Origin: Isurus oxyrinchus
Lineage: Eukaryota
DNA length: 64,000 nucleotides
Assembly (NCBI GenBank): GCA_026770705.1
Contig: JANJGN010000150.1
Span: forward strand, 1,054,001-1,118,000
Direction: 5' to 3'
Made by a program: the position numbers and the translations under genes. Within the stretch, counting starts at the first letter, position 1; each line of letters starts with the position of its first letter. The notes beneath the pieces are model-generated. The model worked only from the letters and a program-made list of their open reading frames with translations. It ran no database searches and was not told the DNA's origin. Shown here piece by piece: positions 30,601 to 40,352 of this stretch.

Positions 30601-31388
30601 GTCACTACTGAGGGAGTGCTGCACTGTCGGAGTGTCAGTACTGAGGCAGTGCTGCACTGTCGGAGGGTCAGTACTGAGGGAGTGCTGCACTGTCGGAGGG
30701 TAGGTACTGAGGGAGTGCTGCACTGTCGGAGGGTCACTACTGAGGGAGTGCTGCACTGTCGGAGGGTAGGTACTGAGGGAGTGCTGCACTGTCGGAGTGT
30801 CAGTACTGAGGCAGTGCTGCACTGTCGGAGGGTCAGTAGTGAGGGAGTGCTGCACTGTCGGAGAGTCAGTACTGAGGGGGTGCTGCACTGTGCGAGGGTC
30901 AGTACTGAGGGGGTGCTGCACTGTCGCATAGTCAATATTCAAGTGGTGCTGCCTTCTCGAAGAGGCAGTTGTGAGGGAGTGCCGCACTGTCAGAAGCCAG
31001 CACTGAGAGTACATTGTAGTGTTCAAGGTGCTGTCTTTCAGAACAGTTGTATAATGCTGACCATGTTTACCCTCTCAGGTGGTCGTATAAGATCCCACGG
31101 CCACATTTCCAACACTATAGCAGTGACACCCTTCAACAAAAATTTCTTCATTTGCGTGAGGTTCTTTGGATGTCTTTGAAAAAAAGGGTTAAACGCTCTG
31201 AGCCACGACTGACACTAACGAGGCTGCACAATAATTTAACCCTATCAGTGCCAGTAAATGATGTGAGGATGTCTTCTGTTTCCATTTCTCTGTAGGGTAA
31301 ACAGAACGTGCTGATTACTGAGCCCCGGAACACAACCAGAGACACAACTAGTGAGGGGGAGACCCCAGCTCCCCTGGGATCTCTCTGA
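16..31388 (+). CDS. Gene A: giant Siglec-family type I membrane receptor (V-set + C2 + 24 tandem Ig repeats + TM + short tail); spliced, 5' signal exon outside window
   Basis: 29 GT-AG exons join in one frame: 369+297+24x282+97+82+93 nt, plus 1 nt from the upstream exon, gives 2569 codons including the stop. Siglec V-set motifs and a TM exon are present. Confidence 0.85.
785..1081 (+). CDS. Gene A domain 2 (C2-set Ig) exon
   Basis: ttag| and |gtaagt. [41 protein letters not shown] is typical of Siglec domain 2, including the extra inter-domain Cys. Confidence 0.92.
1230..1550. repeat. 33-bp minisatellite (gtgcagcactccctcagtactgaccctctgaca)n
   Basis: About 10 visible tandem units. Confidence 0.9.
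1683..1964 (+). CDS. Gene A Ig repeat exon 1 of 24
   Basis: ttttag|..|gtgagt, 282 nt, phase 1-1; [33 protein letters not shown]. Confidence 0.88.
2525..3321 (-). mobile_element. 5'-truncated CR1/L2-clade LINE 3' end
   Basis: The minus-strand ORF contains [29 protein letters not shown] (C-terminal to RT). It has an (ataagacc)n tail and is absent from the sister intron copies. Confidence 0.9.
3808..4089 (+). CDS. Gene A Ig repeat exon 2
   Basis: 282 nt, AG/GT intact, open frame. Confidence 0.88.
4871..5043 (-). mobile_element. Short 3' fragment of the same LINE family
   Basis: Matches 2525-2690 and interrupts the caccaccttc|..caagggcaattagg sequence seen intact in other copies. Confidence 0.8.
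5258..5539 (+). CDS. Gene A Ig repeat exon 3 (tyrosine-corner Y>C variant, GDCQC)
   Basis: 282 nt, AG/GT intact, open frame. Confidence 0.85.
6034..6315 (+). CDS. Gene A Ig repeat exon 4
   Basis: 282 nt, AG/GT intact, open frame. Confidence 0.88.
7315..7596 (+). CDS. Gene A Ig repeat exon 5
   Basis: 282 nt, AG/GT intact, open frame. Confidence 0.88.
8270..8551 (+). CDS. Gene A Ig repeat exon 6
   Basis: 282 nt, AG/GT intact, open frame. Confidence 0.88.
9577..9858 (+). CDS. Gene A Ig repeat exon 7
   Basis: 282 nt, AG/GT intact, open frame. Confidence 0.88.
10614..10895 (+). CDS. Gene A Ig repeat exon 8
   Basis: 282 nt, AG/GT intact, open frame. Confidence 0.88.
11707..11988 (+). CDS. Gene A Ig repeat exon 9
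   Basis: 282 nt, AG/GT intact, open frame. Confidence 0.88.
12751..13032 (+). CDS. Gene A Ig repeat exon 10
   Basis: 282 nt, AG/GT intact, open frame (IEWNS variant). Confidence 0.88.
13975..14256 (+). CDS. Gene A Ig repeat exon 11
   Basis: 282 nt, AG/GT intact, open frame. Confidence 0.88.
15014..15295 (+). CDS. Gene A Ig repeat exon 12
   Basis: 282 nt, AG/GT intact, open frame. Confidence 0.88.
16099..16380 (+). CDS. Gene A Ig repeat exon 13
   Basis: 282 nt, AG/GT intact, open frame. Confidence 0.88.
17104..17385 (+). CDS. Gene A Ig repeat exon 14
   Basis: 282 nt, AG/GT intact, open frame. Confidence 0.88.
18168..18449 (+). CDS. Gene A Ig repeat exon 15
   Basis: 282 nt, AG/GT intact, open frame (IEWNS variant, copy of exon 10). 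Confidence 0.88.
19398..19679 (+). CDS. Gene A Ig repeat exon 16
   Basis: 282 nt, AG/GT intact, open frame. Confidence 0.88.
20437..20718 (+). CDS. Gene A Ig repeat exon 17
   Basis: 282 nt, AG/GT intact, open frame. Confidence 0.88.
21511..21792 (+). CDS. Gene A Ig repeat exon 18
   Basis: 282 nt, AG/GT intact, open frame. Confidence 0.88.
22912..23193 (+). CDS. Gene A Ig repeat exon 19
   Basis: 282 nt, AG/GT intact, open frame. Confidence 0.88.
23949..24230 (+). CDS. Gene A Ig repeat exon 20
   Basis: 282 nt, AG/GT intact, same protein sequence as exon 18. Confidence 0.85.
25354..25635 (+). CDS. Gene A Ig repeat exon 21
   Basis: 282 nt, AG/GT intact, open frame. Confidence 0.88.
26316..26597 (+). 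CDS. Gene A Ig repeat exon 22
   Basis: 282 nt, AG/GT intact, open frame. Confidence 0.88.
27304..27585 (+). CDS. Gene A Ig repeat exon 23 (extra Cys, NRTCS)
   Basis: 282 nt, AG/GT intact, open frame. Confidence 0.88.
28339..28620 (+). CDS. Gene A Ig repeat exon 24 (membrane-proximal)
   Basis: 282 nt, AG/GT intact; followed by a different intron lacking the CA tract. Confidence 0.88.
29438..29534 (+). CDS. Gene A transmembrane exon
   Basis: tttacag|..|gtaagt, phase 1-2; (C)[32 protein letters not shown], with no charged residue in the TM. Confidence 0.9.
30206..30287 (+). CDS. Gene A cytoplasmic exon 1
   Basis: tgcag|..|gtacag, phase 2-0; [27 protein letters not shown]; paralogous exon at 58496. 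Confidence 0.8.
30500..30990. repeat. 33-bp minisatellite, reverse orientation
   Basis: (agtactgagggagtgctgcactgtcggagggtc)n. Confidence 0.9.
31296..31388 (+). CDS. Gene A last coding exon (stop at 31386-31388; ITIM/ITSM-like remnant out of frame to 31545)
   Basis: tgtag| [30 protein letters not shown]. One extra nt relative to the paralog leaves ILYANI and TEYTQI in a shifted frame. Confidence 0.75.
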   Translation, partial: GKQNVLITEPRNTTRDTTSEGETPAPLGSL

Positions 31389-31837
31389 AGGTCCAGTGGG
31401 AGGCGATGCTGGACATGGGAATCCTGACAAACCCGACGAGATTCTCTACGCCAACATCAACTTTTCAAAGCTGCCCAGCGGTGACAGGACTGTGCACAGG
31501 AGCGAGGACACGGAATACACACAGATCAGGTTCCAGAAAAACTGAGTGCGAAACAGGGAGCGGGGCTGTGGGGTGTGTGCAGCCAACATGGTCAAATAGT
31601 AATGAACAGAAATATGATGTTGCTCAACTTTTTTTTTATTGGTTCTGAGTGAGCTTTCTGAATGCTGTACCTTTTTCCATGCTGTAAAAGATTGTGAGAA
31701 GCTTATGAATTATCTATAATTTTACATCTGTTAATACAAGGTGAGGTGAGAATGACTGCCTTTGACATCAAGGCTGCATTTAACCGAGTGTGGCCTCTAG
31801 GAGCCCGAGCAAAACTGGAGTCAGTGTGAATCAGGGG

Positions 31838-32751
31838 TGGTACGAAAGTATAATTGTTTGCATAATATTTTCCTGGTTTGTTGTAAACTAGGTTTCTGGG
31901 TGTGAGTGTAGATGTGTGTCTGTCTGTGTGGTTTAATTACATCTGGAGTCAGGTAGACTGCAAGTTTGAGATTATCAAAAGAAGCTAGATGTAGAAATGT
32001 ACTTGAAATGCTAATGAGAACACATGGAGTCTGCCTTAGCATGTAAGGTGTGAAGGGGTTGTTTAGATTTCAAAGGGATGTCGGTCTGTTTAGGACAAGC
32101 CCAACAAGCAAAGCTAAGGAGTTTTTTTTTTAATTTTACCCAAACTTCATTGACAATATTGGCAACATGAAAGTTTATATTATGGGAAAGGTACAGTTCC
32201 AAAGACATATGGAACAATGGAATTTACATATCAAAGAGAGAGAAACTTTTATAAAGGAGAATGAAAGGCTATGTTGGGGGCCATGTAAGATCTAACAGGA
32301 GTGTGTGAAACAGGCTTGAAGAAGCCTCCAGGCATTTGTGCATAAGTCTGTTATGTTCAGTAAATAAAGTTGGAGAAATCCATTTAGAATTCCAGTGTCA
32401 AGTGTGTGCTGTGTTAACTCGCTGGATTTGTTTTTAATCTAAAATCTTATTTTGGACTGTTGCCTTAAACGGGCTCTGTAACTGGGAGTCAGGTTAATTA
32501 GGAATTTGAGAATTTATTTTAGCTGTAACTAACTGTGGCATTATGTATGTGCTTGAAATCTTTTATTTTGTTAATAAATATCTTAATTGAATTTTTAAAA
32601 TCTCTAAAGGTTGTGGTCAACTCATTACTCCTGAATTCAGTGCACGCTTCTTGTATTAAATACAAATTGCAAAACTATTGTGATAGAATGACCAATTTTC
32701 CCTTGTGGATTTGGAGCACCAAGCACACATCATCTGCCATGTCATGTCACA
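31838..32751. mobile_element. Probable solo LTR inserted into a CR1-like fragment
   Basis: TG...CA ends with gggg/ggga flanks; splits otherwise contiguous LINE-like sequence; paralog at about 60038-60950. Confidence 0.5.
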
Positions 32752-33830
32752 GGGAAAACTCTCCACTCGTTGGATTCATACCAAGTACAAAGGAAGGTGG
32801 TTGTGGTTGTTGGAGGTCAGTCATCTCAATTCCAGGACATCACCGCAGGAGTTGCTCAGGGTAGTGTCCTAGGCCCAAACATCTTCAGCTGATTCATCAA
32901 TGACATTCATTCTATCAGATGGTCAGAATTATGGAAGGTTGCTGATGATTGCACAACGTTCAACATCATTCATGACTCATCAGATGCTGAAGCAGTCCAT
33001 GTCCAAATGCAGCAAGACCTGGACAATATCCAGGCTTGGCCTGACAAGTGACAAGCAACATTCATGCCACACAAGTGCCAGGCAATGACCATCTCCAACC
33101 AGAGAGAATATATCCATCTCCCCTTAGCGTCCAATGGCATCACCATTACTGAATCCCCCACTATCAACTTTCTGGGGGTTAACATTGACCAGAAACTGAA
33201 CTGGACTAGCCATATAAATACTGTGACTACAAAAGCAGGCCAGAGGCTGGGAATCCTGTGGTGAGTAACTCGCCTCCTGACTCCCCAAAGTCTGTCCACC
33301 AACCTCAAGGCACAGGTCAGGAGTGTGTTGGAATACTCCCCACTTGCCTAGATGAGTACAGCTCCATCAACACTCAAGAAGCTCGACACCGTCCAGGACA
33401 AAGCAGCCCCGCTTGATTTGCACCCCATCCACAAACATTCTCTCCCTCCACAACTGACGCACAGTGGCAGCAGTGTGTGTACCATCTACAAGATGCAACA
33501 CAGGGATTCACCAAGCCTCCTTAGACAGCACCTTCCAAACCCACGACCACTACCATCTAGAAGGACAAGGGCAGCAAACACATGGGAACACCACCACCTG
33601 GAAGTTCCCCTCCAAGCCACTTACCATCCTGATTTGCAGATATATCGCCATTCCTTCACTATCTCTGGGACAGAATCCTGCAACACCCTCCCAAACAGTT
33701 CTGTGGGTGTACATACACCACAGGGACTGCAGCAGCTCAAGAAGGCAGCTCACCCCCATATTCTCAAGGACAATTAGGGATGGGCAATAAATTCTGGCCT
33801 AGCCAGTGTCGTCCACATCCCATGAATGAA
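32752..33830 (+). mobile_element. Decayed CR1-like LINE (RT region to 3' end)
   Basis: QGSVLGP/ADD-like RT remnants and a caagg.caattagggatgggcaataaa tail; paralog at 60960-62010. Confidence 0.8.
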
Positions 33831-34229
33831 TTAAATAAAGAAGTAACTAAAATGCTCTGACATTTCTGTACATTTTTATCAAATTAAACACATACTCTTA
33901 TGAATAATTCCATTCTCCAAGGCACCACTTCCTGTTGTCACATGCCCTTCTGATTATTTAAATTCCTGTGTCATTGGTAATGGAACATTCCCATGTAAAC
34001 ATGTCACACTGTAATTACAGCCTCCTGCCAGTGGTGGTGCTCTAGTGTCCTAGTTTTGCTTCTCAGAGACTGGAGGAGCTCTATACGTTGTGTTTACAAT
34101 ATGAGTAACACTCAGGGGTGACCAGGGGGATTCTTTCGGCCAAGTTTATGATGTTGCTAAGATACAATGGCCCCATGGGATTTTTCCTACTGCGTTTACA
34201 AGGTTGAATTGAAGAGATTTTTGAAGTGT

Positions 34230-34470
34230 CTGGCACAGTTTTATAAAGGTCCCCGCACTGCGTTCAGGTCTGGGGCCTGCAGCTTAGGAAGGATATATTG
34301 TCCATGGAGAGGATGCTGTACCGATTCACCAGAATGATCCCGGGGCTGAAAGGGTTAAATCCCGAGGACAGGTTGCACAGACCAGGCTTGTGTTCCCTCG
34401 AGTCTCGAAGATTAAGGGGTGATCTAATCGAGGGGTTTATGATGATTAAAGGCTTTGATATGGGCAATAG
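34230..34470 (+). mobile_element. CR1/L2-like LINE fragment
   Basis: RFTRMIPGLKGL..SLESRRLRGDLIE. Confidence 0.75.
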
Positions 34471-35300
34471 AGAGAACGCAGCAGCTCATTGAACTTTGTC
34501 CAGCGCTGATGGGCTCGTATTGCACTCACCACAGCCGCTATTTGAACCCAGGCCCTCTTGGTTGCTGCAGGATCATTACGGTGACCAGCCGAATACAGGG
34601 CTGCTCTCCTCTTCTGGATCTCTTCCACCAAAACAGGAAGGTCCTATCAGGAGAGCACGGAGCAGCTGGACCCAGCCCTTCCCCAGCGTCCCCGCTGTGT
34701 GACATTCTGTCAACGGAAAGGTAAGGTGAAAAGGGTCACGGTCCATTCAGATTACAAAGCTCCCGTTGACTTTTGTGTGCTTGTCCACACGAACCATTTT
34801 CACCGCATCACCAGTGATTGTTGGGAAGGTTTGGTGGAGAGACCGGCTCTGCATGAATGCTCGGTGCCGGGTATGTTGCGGCTGTGACTCTGTGGGAACA
34901 CGCGGTGCTCCGTCACCACCCACAGCCCTACCGGTTTCCTCCCTCTGACTCACGCTGTTATGTCGTGACAGTGAGCAGCTGCGAGGGACCTGGGCAAGGG
35001 TCAACAGTGTGGGCACCTGCTGATGGACGGGTGGCAAGGGGGCAAATGGATGTGATAATGAGCATGGCACTGTCCATCATTCGTCCACGCTCTGAGTCTT
35101 TGGCAGCTAACCACATGACTGCAGAATATCTGTACCAGTGAGTGGTGGTGGGACAATGCCAACTCCGAGTCTGTGTCTTGTGAATCCATCTCATGTTTTC
35201 ACTTAAGCCCACAGAAACCCACAGGAAACCCACAGAGTGACAGTCACTGGGAAAGACACTCGCTCCTTGTGGCTTCACGTTTTAACCATATCCTGTCTGA
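34470..35300 (-). mobile_element. Decayed PIF/Harbinger-like fragment (Myb/SANT-like remnant)
   Basis: VEEIQKRRAALY..TKRAWVQIAAVVSA..KFNELLRS resembles Harbinger Myb/SANT proteins; boundaries approximate. Confidence 0.5.
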
Positions 35301-35596
35301 GTGTCTCAAATGTTAAACACACCAGCCATATTCAGGGAGGTTTCACTNNNNNNNNNNNNNNNNNNNNNNNNNNNNNNNNNNNNNNNNNNNNNNNNNNNNN
35401 NNNNNNNNNNNNNNNNNNNNNNNNNNNNNNNNNNNNNNNNNNNNNNNNNNNNNNNNNNNNNNNNNNNNNNNNNNNNNNNNNNNNNNNNNNNNNNNNNNNN
35501 NNNNNNNNNNNNNNNNNNNNNNNNNNNNNNNNNNNNNNNNNNNNNNNNNNNNNNNNNNNNNNNNNNNNNNNNNNNNNNNNNNNNNNNNNNNNNNNN

Positions 35597-35811
35597 TCTA
35601 CGCGTGTGTATGTGTGTTTGTGAGAGAGAGATTCGAGTGTATGTGTGTGTGTATATGTTTGAGCATGTGTGTGTTTGTGTGTATGAGTGTGTGCCTGTAT
35701 GTGTGTGTGTTTTTGTGCGTGTGTGTGTGTGTTTCTGGTTGTGAGTATGTGTGTGTGTGTGTGTGTGTTTGTGTGTTCGTGTGCAGTGTTTGTGTATGTT
35801 TATTTGTTGTA

Positions 35812-35856
<45 letters not shown>

Positions 35857-35890
35857 GTGTGTGTTTGTGCCTCTCTGTGAGACTGTGTGT
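35597..35890. repeat. (TG)n-rich microsatellite
   Basis: Visible; paralog at 63725-64000. Confidence 0.9.
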
Positions 35891-35924
35891 ATCTGACAGC
35901 AGGTCAGGCAGAAATAGTCCAGAA

Positions 35925-36247
35925 TGCGCTGTGGTTTTGTAGCATTGAAAGAATGACATGAACTAAACGAGTGCTGCACCAAATAAAGACATGGAGTGAC
36001 CACACCAATAAACCACGTGACTTCCCCAGTTTCACATCTCCCTCAAACACAGAAAAACTGGGTTAACACTGACCCTCCTCCCAGAGCCAGTTCACCTCGT
36101 GTCCGATGCAGTCAGGAGAGGAAGATCATCTCTCCTCCGATCCTGCTAAACTGAACATTTCCAGAATTAGATCAGCTCCCTGAAGTGTCTCCAGTTAGAC
36201 ATTCATCTGACAGGATTGACTCTACAACCCTGGGGACTCATTCTCCT
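35925..36247 (+). promoter_or_regulatory. Candidate promoter / non-coding first exon of gene B
   Basis: RUNX TGTGGTT (35930), CCAAT (36005), E-box CACGTGAC (36014) overlapping a minus-strand ETS/PU.1 GGGGAAGT (36020-36027), and a donor |gtaagt at 36248. Confidence 0.35.
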
Positions 36248-36289
36248 GTAAGTAAAACACTTGCTGCTCCTGTCAAATCTCTTCTGTAC

Positions 36290-36570
36290 AGCATGGTCTC
36301 TGGATGTCCCAGAACACTTTACAGTTGAGTTCACCCTTTTTTCGAAGTGTGGTTACTGTTGTAATGTAGGAAACGCAGCAGCCAATTAGCGCACAGCAAG
36401 CTCCCACAAACAGCAATGTGATCATCTGTTTTTGGTGATGTTGGTTGAAGGATAAATATTGGTCCCAGGACACCGGGGAGAACTCCCCCCTGCTCTTCCT
36501 CCAAATAGTGGCTGTGGGATCTTTCACACCCGCCCGAGAGGGCAGACGGGGGACTCGGTTTAGTGTCTAA
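36290..36570. mobile_element. SINE remnant (DeuSINE/SacSINE-like)
   Basis: gcacagcaagctcccacaaacagcaatgtg..ggacaccggggagaactcc, recognised from memory; related pieces at about 29020-29130 and 57090-57200. Confidence 0.55.
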
Positions 36571-37334
36571 TATTGGACTAATCTCCAGGCGAGGTTGGCT
36601 GGATGGATTATTGACAAGGTCCATTCACCCTGAAAGAGTTTCTCTGGTTTGAAATACCCGATCAAACATCAAGTTCTGTGTCTAAACCTTGTGTTGAAAA
36701 GACACCTTTCCAGCTCTTCACCTGCCATTAGCTTGTTGAGTCTTCACACGCTCCGTCTGTCCGTAACCAACCCCTCTTAGCTCATCCTTTCCTTGTCGTA
36801 CATCGAGCTGTTCATCCTGACGGGTTCCCTCCTTCCCAGTAACACTCCATCTCCGACATCAAACTAACTCCCAACACGTTGATGAATTGTATGGATTCCA
36901 GCGTCAGTTGGTTCTGTCTGAGGCTGTTTCTCTGATCGGGGACCGAGCTGTTCTGAATGGACATTGTGTTCAGCAGTTCTTATTGCAGATCAGGCTGTTC
37001 AACCAATGCTGCTGTTCACTGAGGTGACTCCGATTCTACATTCACACATTAATGATCTCATGTCCAGCAGCAAACATCTGAATGAAGCCAGGTTCAAGAA
37101 AAAACCCAGCTGCTTGATCCGACAGTTATCTGTTCAGGCATGGCCCCTTGTTCCAAATAACAAACATTATTTAAAAATAGTCATCACATGAGCCTGGTTT
37201 CTAAGGGAATGGAGCCTCAATCAATTTACAGTGAAGTGAAATCTACAGGACTAATCTAGTTATTTTGAGCTGCTGATATAGAATTATAAACGAGGCATGT
37301 TTCTAATTTCTATCATCATCTAAAATACGGCAGT

Positions 37335-37665
37335 TCTGACAGTGCAGCACTCCCTCAGTACTGACCCTCTGACAGTGCAGCACTCCCTCAGTACTGACCC
37401 GCCGACAGTGCAGCATTCCCTCAGTACTGACCCTCTGACAGTGCAGCACTCCCTCAGTACTGTCCCTCCGACAGTGCAGCACTCCCTCAGTACTGTCCCT
37501 CCGACAGTGCAGCCCTCCCTCAGTACTGACTTTCTGATAGTGCTGTGCCCCCTCAATACTGTCCCTCTGACAGTGCAGCACTCCCTCAGTACTGACCCTC
37601 TGGCAGTGCAGCACTTCCTCAGTACTGACCCTCCAACAATTCTGACATCCCTCAGCACTCCCTCA
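37335..37665. repeat. 33-bp minisatellite
   Basis: About 10 units. Confidence 0.9.
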
Positions 37666-37729
37666 CTGTGTGTCCAACTGCGTTTTGAGCTGAAATCTTG
37701 AGCAGGTCTTAAAATAACAACCTTCCATG

Positions 37730-40085
37730 TCAGAGAGAGAGAGAGTGTGTGTGGGAGAGAGAGCAAGAGACTGTGTGTGTGAGAGAGTGTGAGAGAGAGA
37801 GAATGTGAGAGAGTGTGCATGAGAAAGTGTGTGAGAGAGTGTGTGAGAGAGAGAGAATGTGAGAGACTGTATGTAAGACAGTGTGCATGGGAGAGATTGA
37901 GAGTGTGTGCATATTTGAGAGAGGGAGCAAGTGTGTGTGTGAGGAAGTGTGTGTGAGTGTGAGAGAGTGTGTGTATGTGACTGTGCGAGAGTGTGTTTGA
38001 AATAGGGCGAGTGTGCATGTTTGAGAGAGAGAGAGTGTGNNNNNNNNNNNNNNNNNNNNNNNNNNNNNNNNNNNNNNNNNNNNNNNNNNNNNNNNNNNNN
38101 NNNNNNNNNNNNNNNNNNNNNNNNNNNNNNNNNNNNNNNNNNNNNNNNNNNNNNNNNNNNNNNNNNNNNNNNNNNNNNNNNNNNNNNNNNNNNNNNNNNN
38201 NNNNNNNNNNNNNNNNNNNNNNNNNNNNNNNNNNNNNNNNNNNNNNNNNNNNNNNNNNNNNNNNNNNNNNNNNNNNNNNNNNNNNNNNNNNNNNNNNNNN
38301 NNNNNNNGTTTGACAGAATGTGTGCATGTGTGAGAGAGTGTGTGTGAGAGAGAGTGTGTGTGTGAGAGTGTGTGTGTGTGACAGTGTGTTTGTTTGATAG
38401 AGACTGTGCGCATGTGTGAGAGTGTGTGTGAGAGAGTGTGTGTGTGTGACAGTGTGTATGTTTGACAGTGTCTGTGTTTGACAGAGTGTGTGCATGTGTG
38501 AGAGAGAGTGTGTGAGAGAAAGTGTGTGTGTGAGAGTGTGTGTGTGTGACAGTGTGTGTGTTTGATAGAGACTGTGTGCATGTGTGATAGAGAGTGTGTT
38601 TGAGAGAGAGTGTGTTTGAGAGAGAGAGAGTGTGTGTGAGTGAGAGTGTGTATGTGTTTGAGATAGAGAATGTCTGTGCGAGAGTGTGTGTTTGAGAGAG
38701 GGATTGTGTGTGTGAGAGAGTGTGTGTAAGCGAAAGAGTGTGTGTGAGAGAGTGTCTGTACGAGAGTGTGTGTTTGAGAATGTTTGTGAGAGAGAGAGAG
38801 TTTGTGTGAGTGAGTATGTATGTGTTTGAGATAGAGAATGTGCGAGAGTGTGTGTTTGAGAGAGAGATTGTGTGTGTGAGAGAGTGTGTATGAGAGTGTG
38901 TCTGTGTGAGAGAGAGTGTCAGTGCGAGAGAGTGTGTTTTTGGGAGAGGGAGCAAGAATGTGTGCGTGTGAGAGAGATAGAGCAGAAGAGTGTGATAGAG
39001 AGAGCTTGTGAGTGTTAGAGAGAGAATGTGTGCGTGTGTGAGAGAGAGAGAGAGCAGAAGAGTGCAATAGAGAGAGATTGTGATTGTTAGAGAGAGAATG
39101 TGGGTGAGAGAGAGAGATAGAGCAGAAGAGTGTGATAGAGAGAGATTGTGAGTGTTAGAGAGAGAATGTGTGTGTGTGAGAGAGAGATAGAGCAGAAGAG
39201 TGTGATGGAGAGAGCTTGTGAGTGTTAGAGAGAGAATGTGTGTGTGTGAGAGAGAGAGATAGAGCAGAAGAGTGTGATAGAGAGAGATTGTGAGTGTTAG
39301 AGAGAGAATGTGTGTGTGTGAGAGAGAGAGAGATAGAGCAGAAGAGTGTGATAGAGAGAGATTGTGAGTGTTAGAGAGAATGTGTGTGTGTGAGAGAGAG
39401 ATAAAGCAGGAGAGTGTGATAGAGAGAGATTGTGAGTGTTAGAGAGAGAATGTGTGTGTGAGAGAGAGAGAGAGAGCAGAAGAGTGTGATAGAGAGAGAT
39501 TGTGAGTGTTAGAGAGAGAATGTGTGTGTGTGTGTGAGAGAGATAGAGCAGAAGAGTGCGATAGAGAGAGATTGTGAGTGTTAGAGAGAGAATGTGTGTG
39601 TGTGTGTGAGAGAGATAGAGCAGAAGAGTGCGATAGAGAGAGATTGTGAGTGTTAGAGAGAGAATGTGTGTGTGAGAGAGAGAGAGATAGAGCAGAAGAG
39701 TGCGATAGAGAGAGATTGTGAGTGTTAGTGAGAGAATGTGTGCGTGTGTGTGAGAGAGAGATAGAGCAGAAGAGTGCGACAGAGAGAGATTGTGAGTGTT
39801 AGAGAGAGAATGTGTGTGTGTGAGAGAGAGATAGAGCAGAAGAGTGCAGTAGAGAGAGATTGTGAGTGTTAGAGAGAGAATGTGTGTGTGTGAGAGAGAG
39901 AGAGATAGAGCAGAAGAGTGTGATAGAGAGAGATTGTGAGTGTTAGAGAGAGAATGTGTGTCTGTGAGAGAGACAGAGATAGAGCAGAAGAGTGTGATAG
40001 AGAGAGATTGTGAGTGTTAGAGAGAGAATGTATGTGAGAGAGAGAGAGATAGAGCAGAAGAGTGTGATAGAGAGAGATTGTGAGG
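37730..40085. repeat. GA/GT compound microsatellite grading into a ~60-66-bp minisatellite (from about 38960)
   Basis: Unit gagagatagagcagaagagtgtgatagagagagattgtgagtgttagagagagaatgtgtgt repeated about 17 times. Confidence 0.9.
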
Positions 40086-40352
40086 GCTAAACTCACTGAG
40101 AGAAAAAGCTGGACACCCAGCACAGGGAGTGAGGGAACAATGAATTTTTGCCGTGTTTGGTGAATCAGTTTGCGATGTCCCTTCTCAATCTCTCCTTCCT
40201 TGTCTTGACATTAGTTTATTCTCTGGGGCTGTTTAATTCACTGAAAGGTGCCATTTAAACACAAGTTGTTGTTGTTTGAGGAAGAAACGCTGGGGACAAT
40301 TTCTGAAAAAGTCTCTGTCTTTATCATTTTCCATTTAGATGAGGAACTGAAG

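Noticed and set aside
37320-39067. Long His/Thr/Leu/Ser-rich ORFs (391-445 aa) and the many HTHT/CVCV ORFs
   Set aside because: These are translations of CA/GA microsatellites and N runs.
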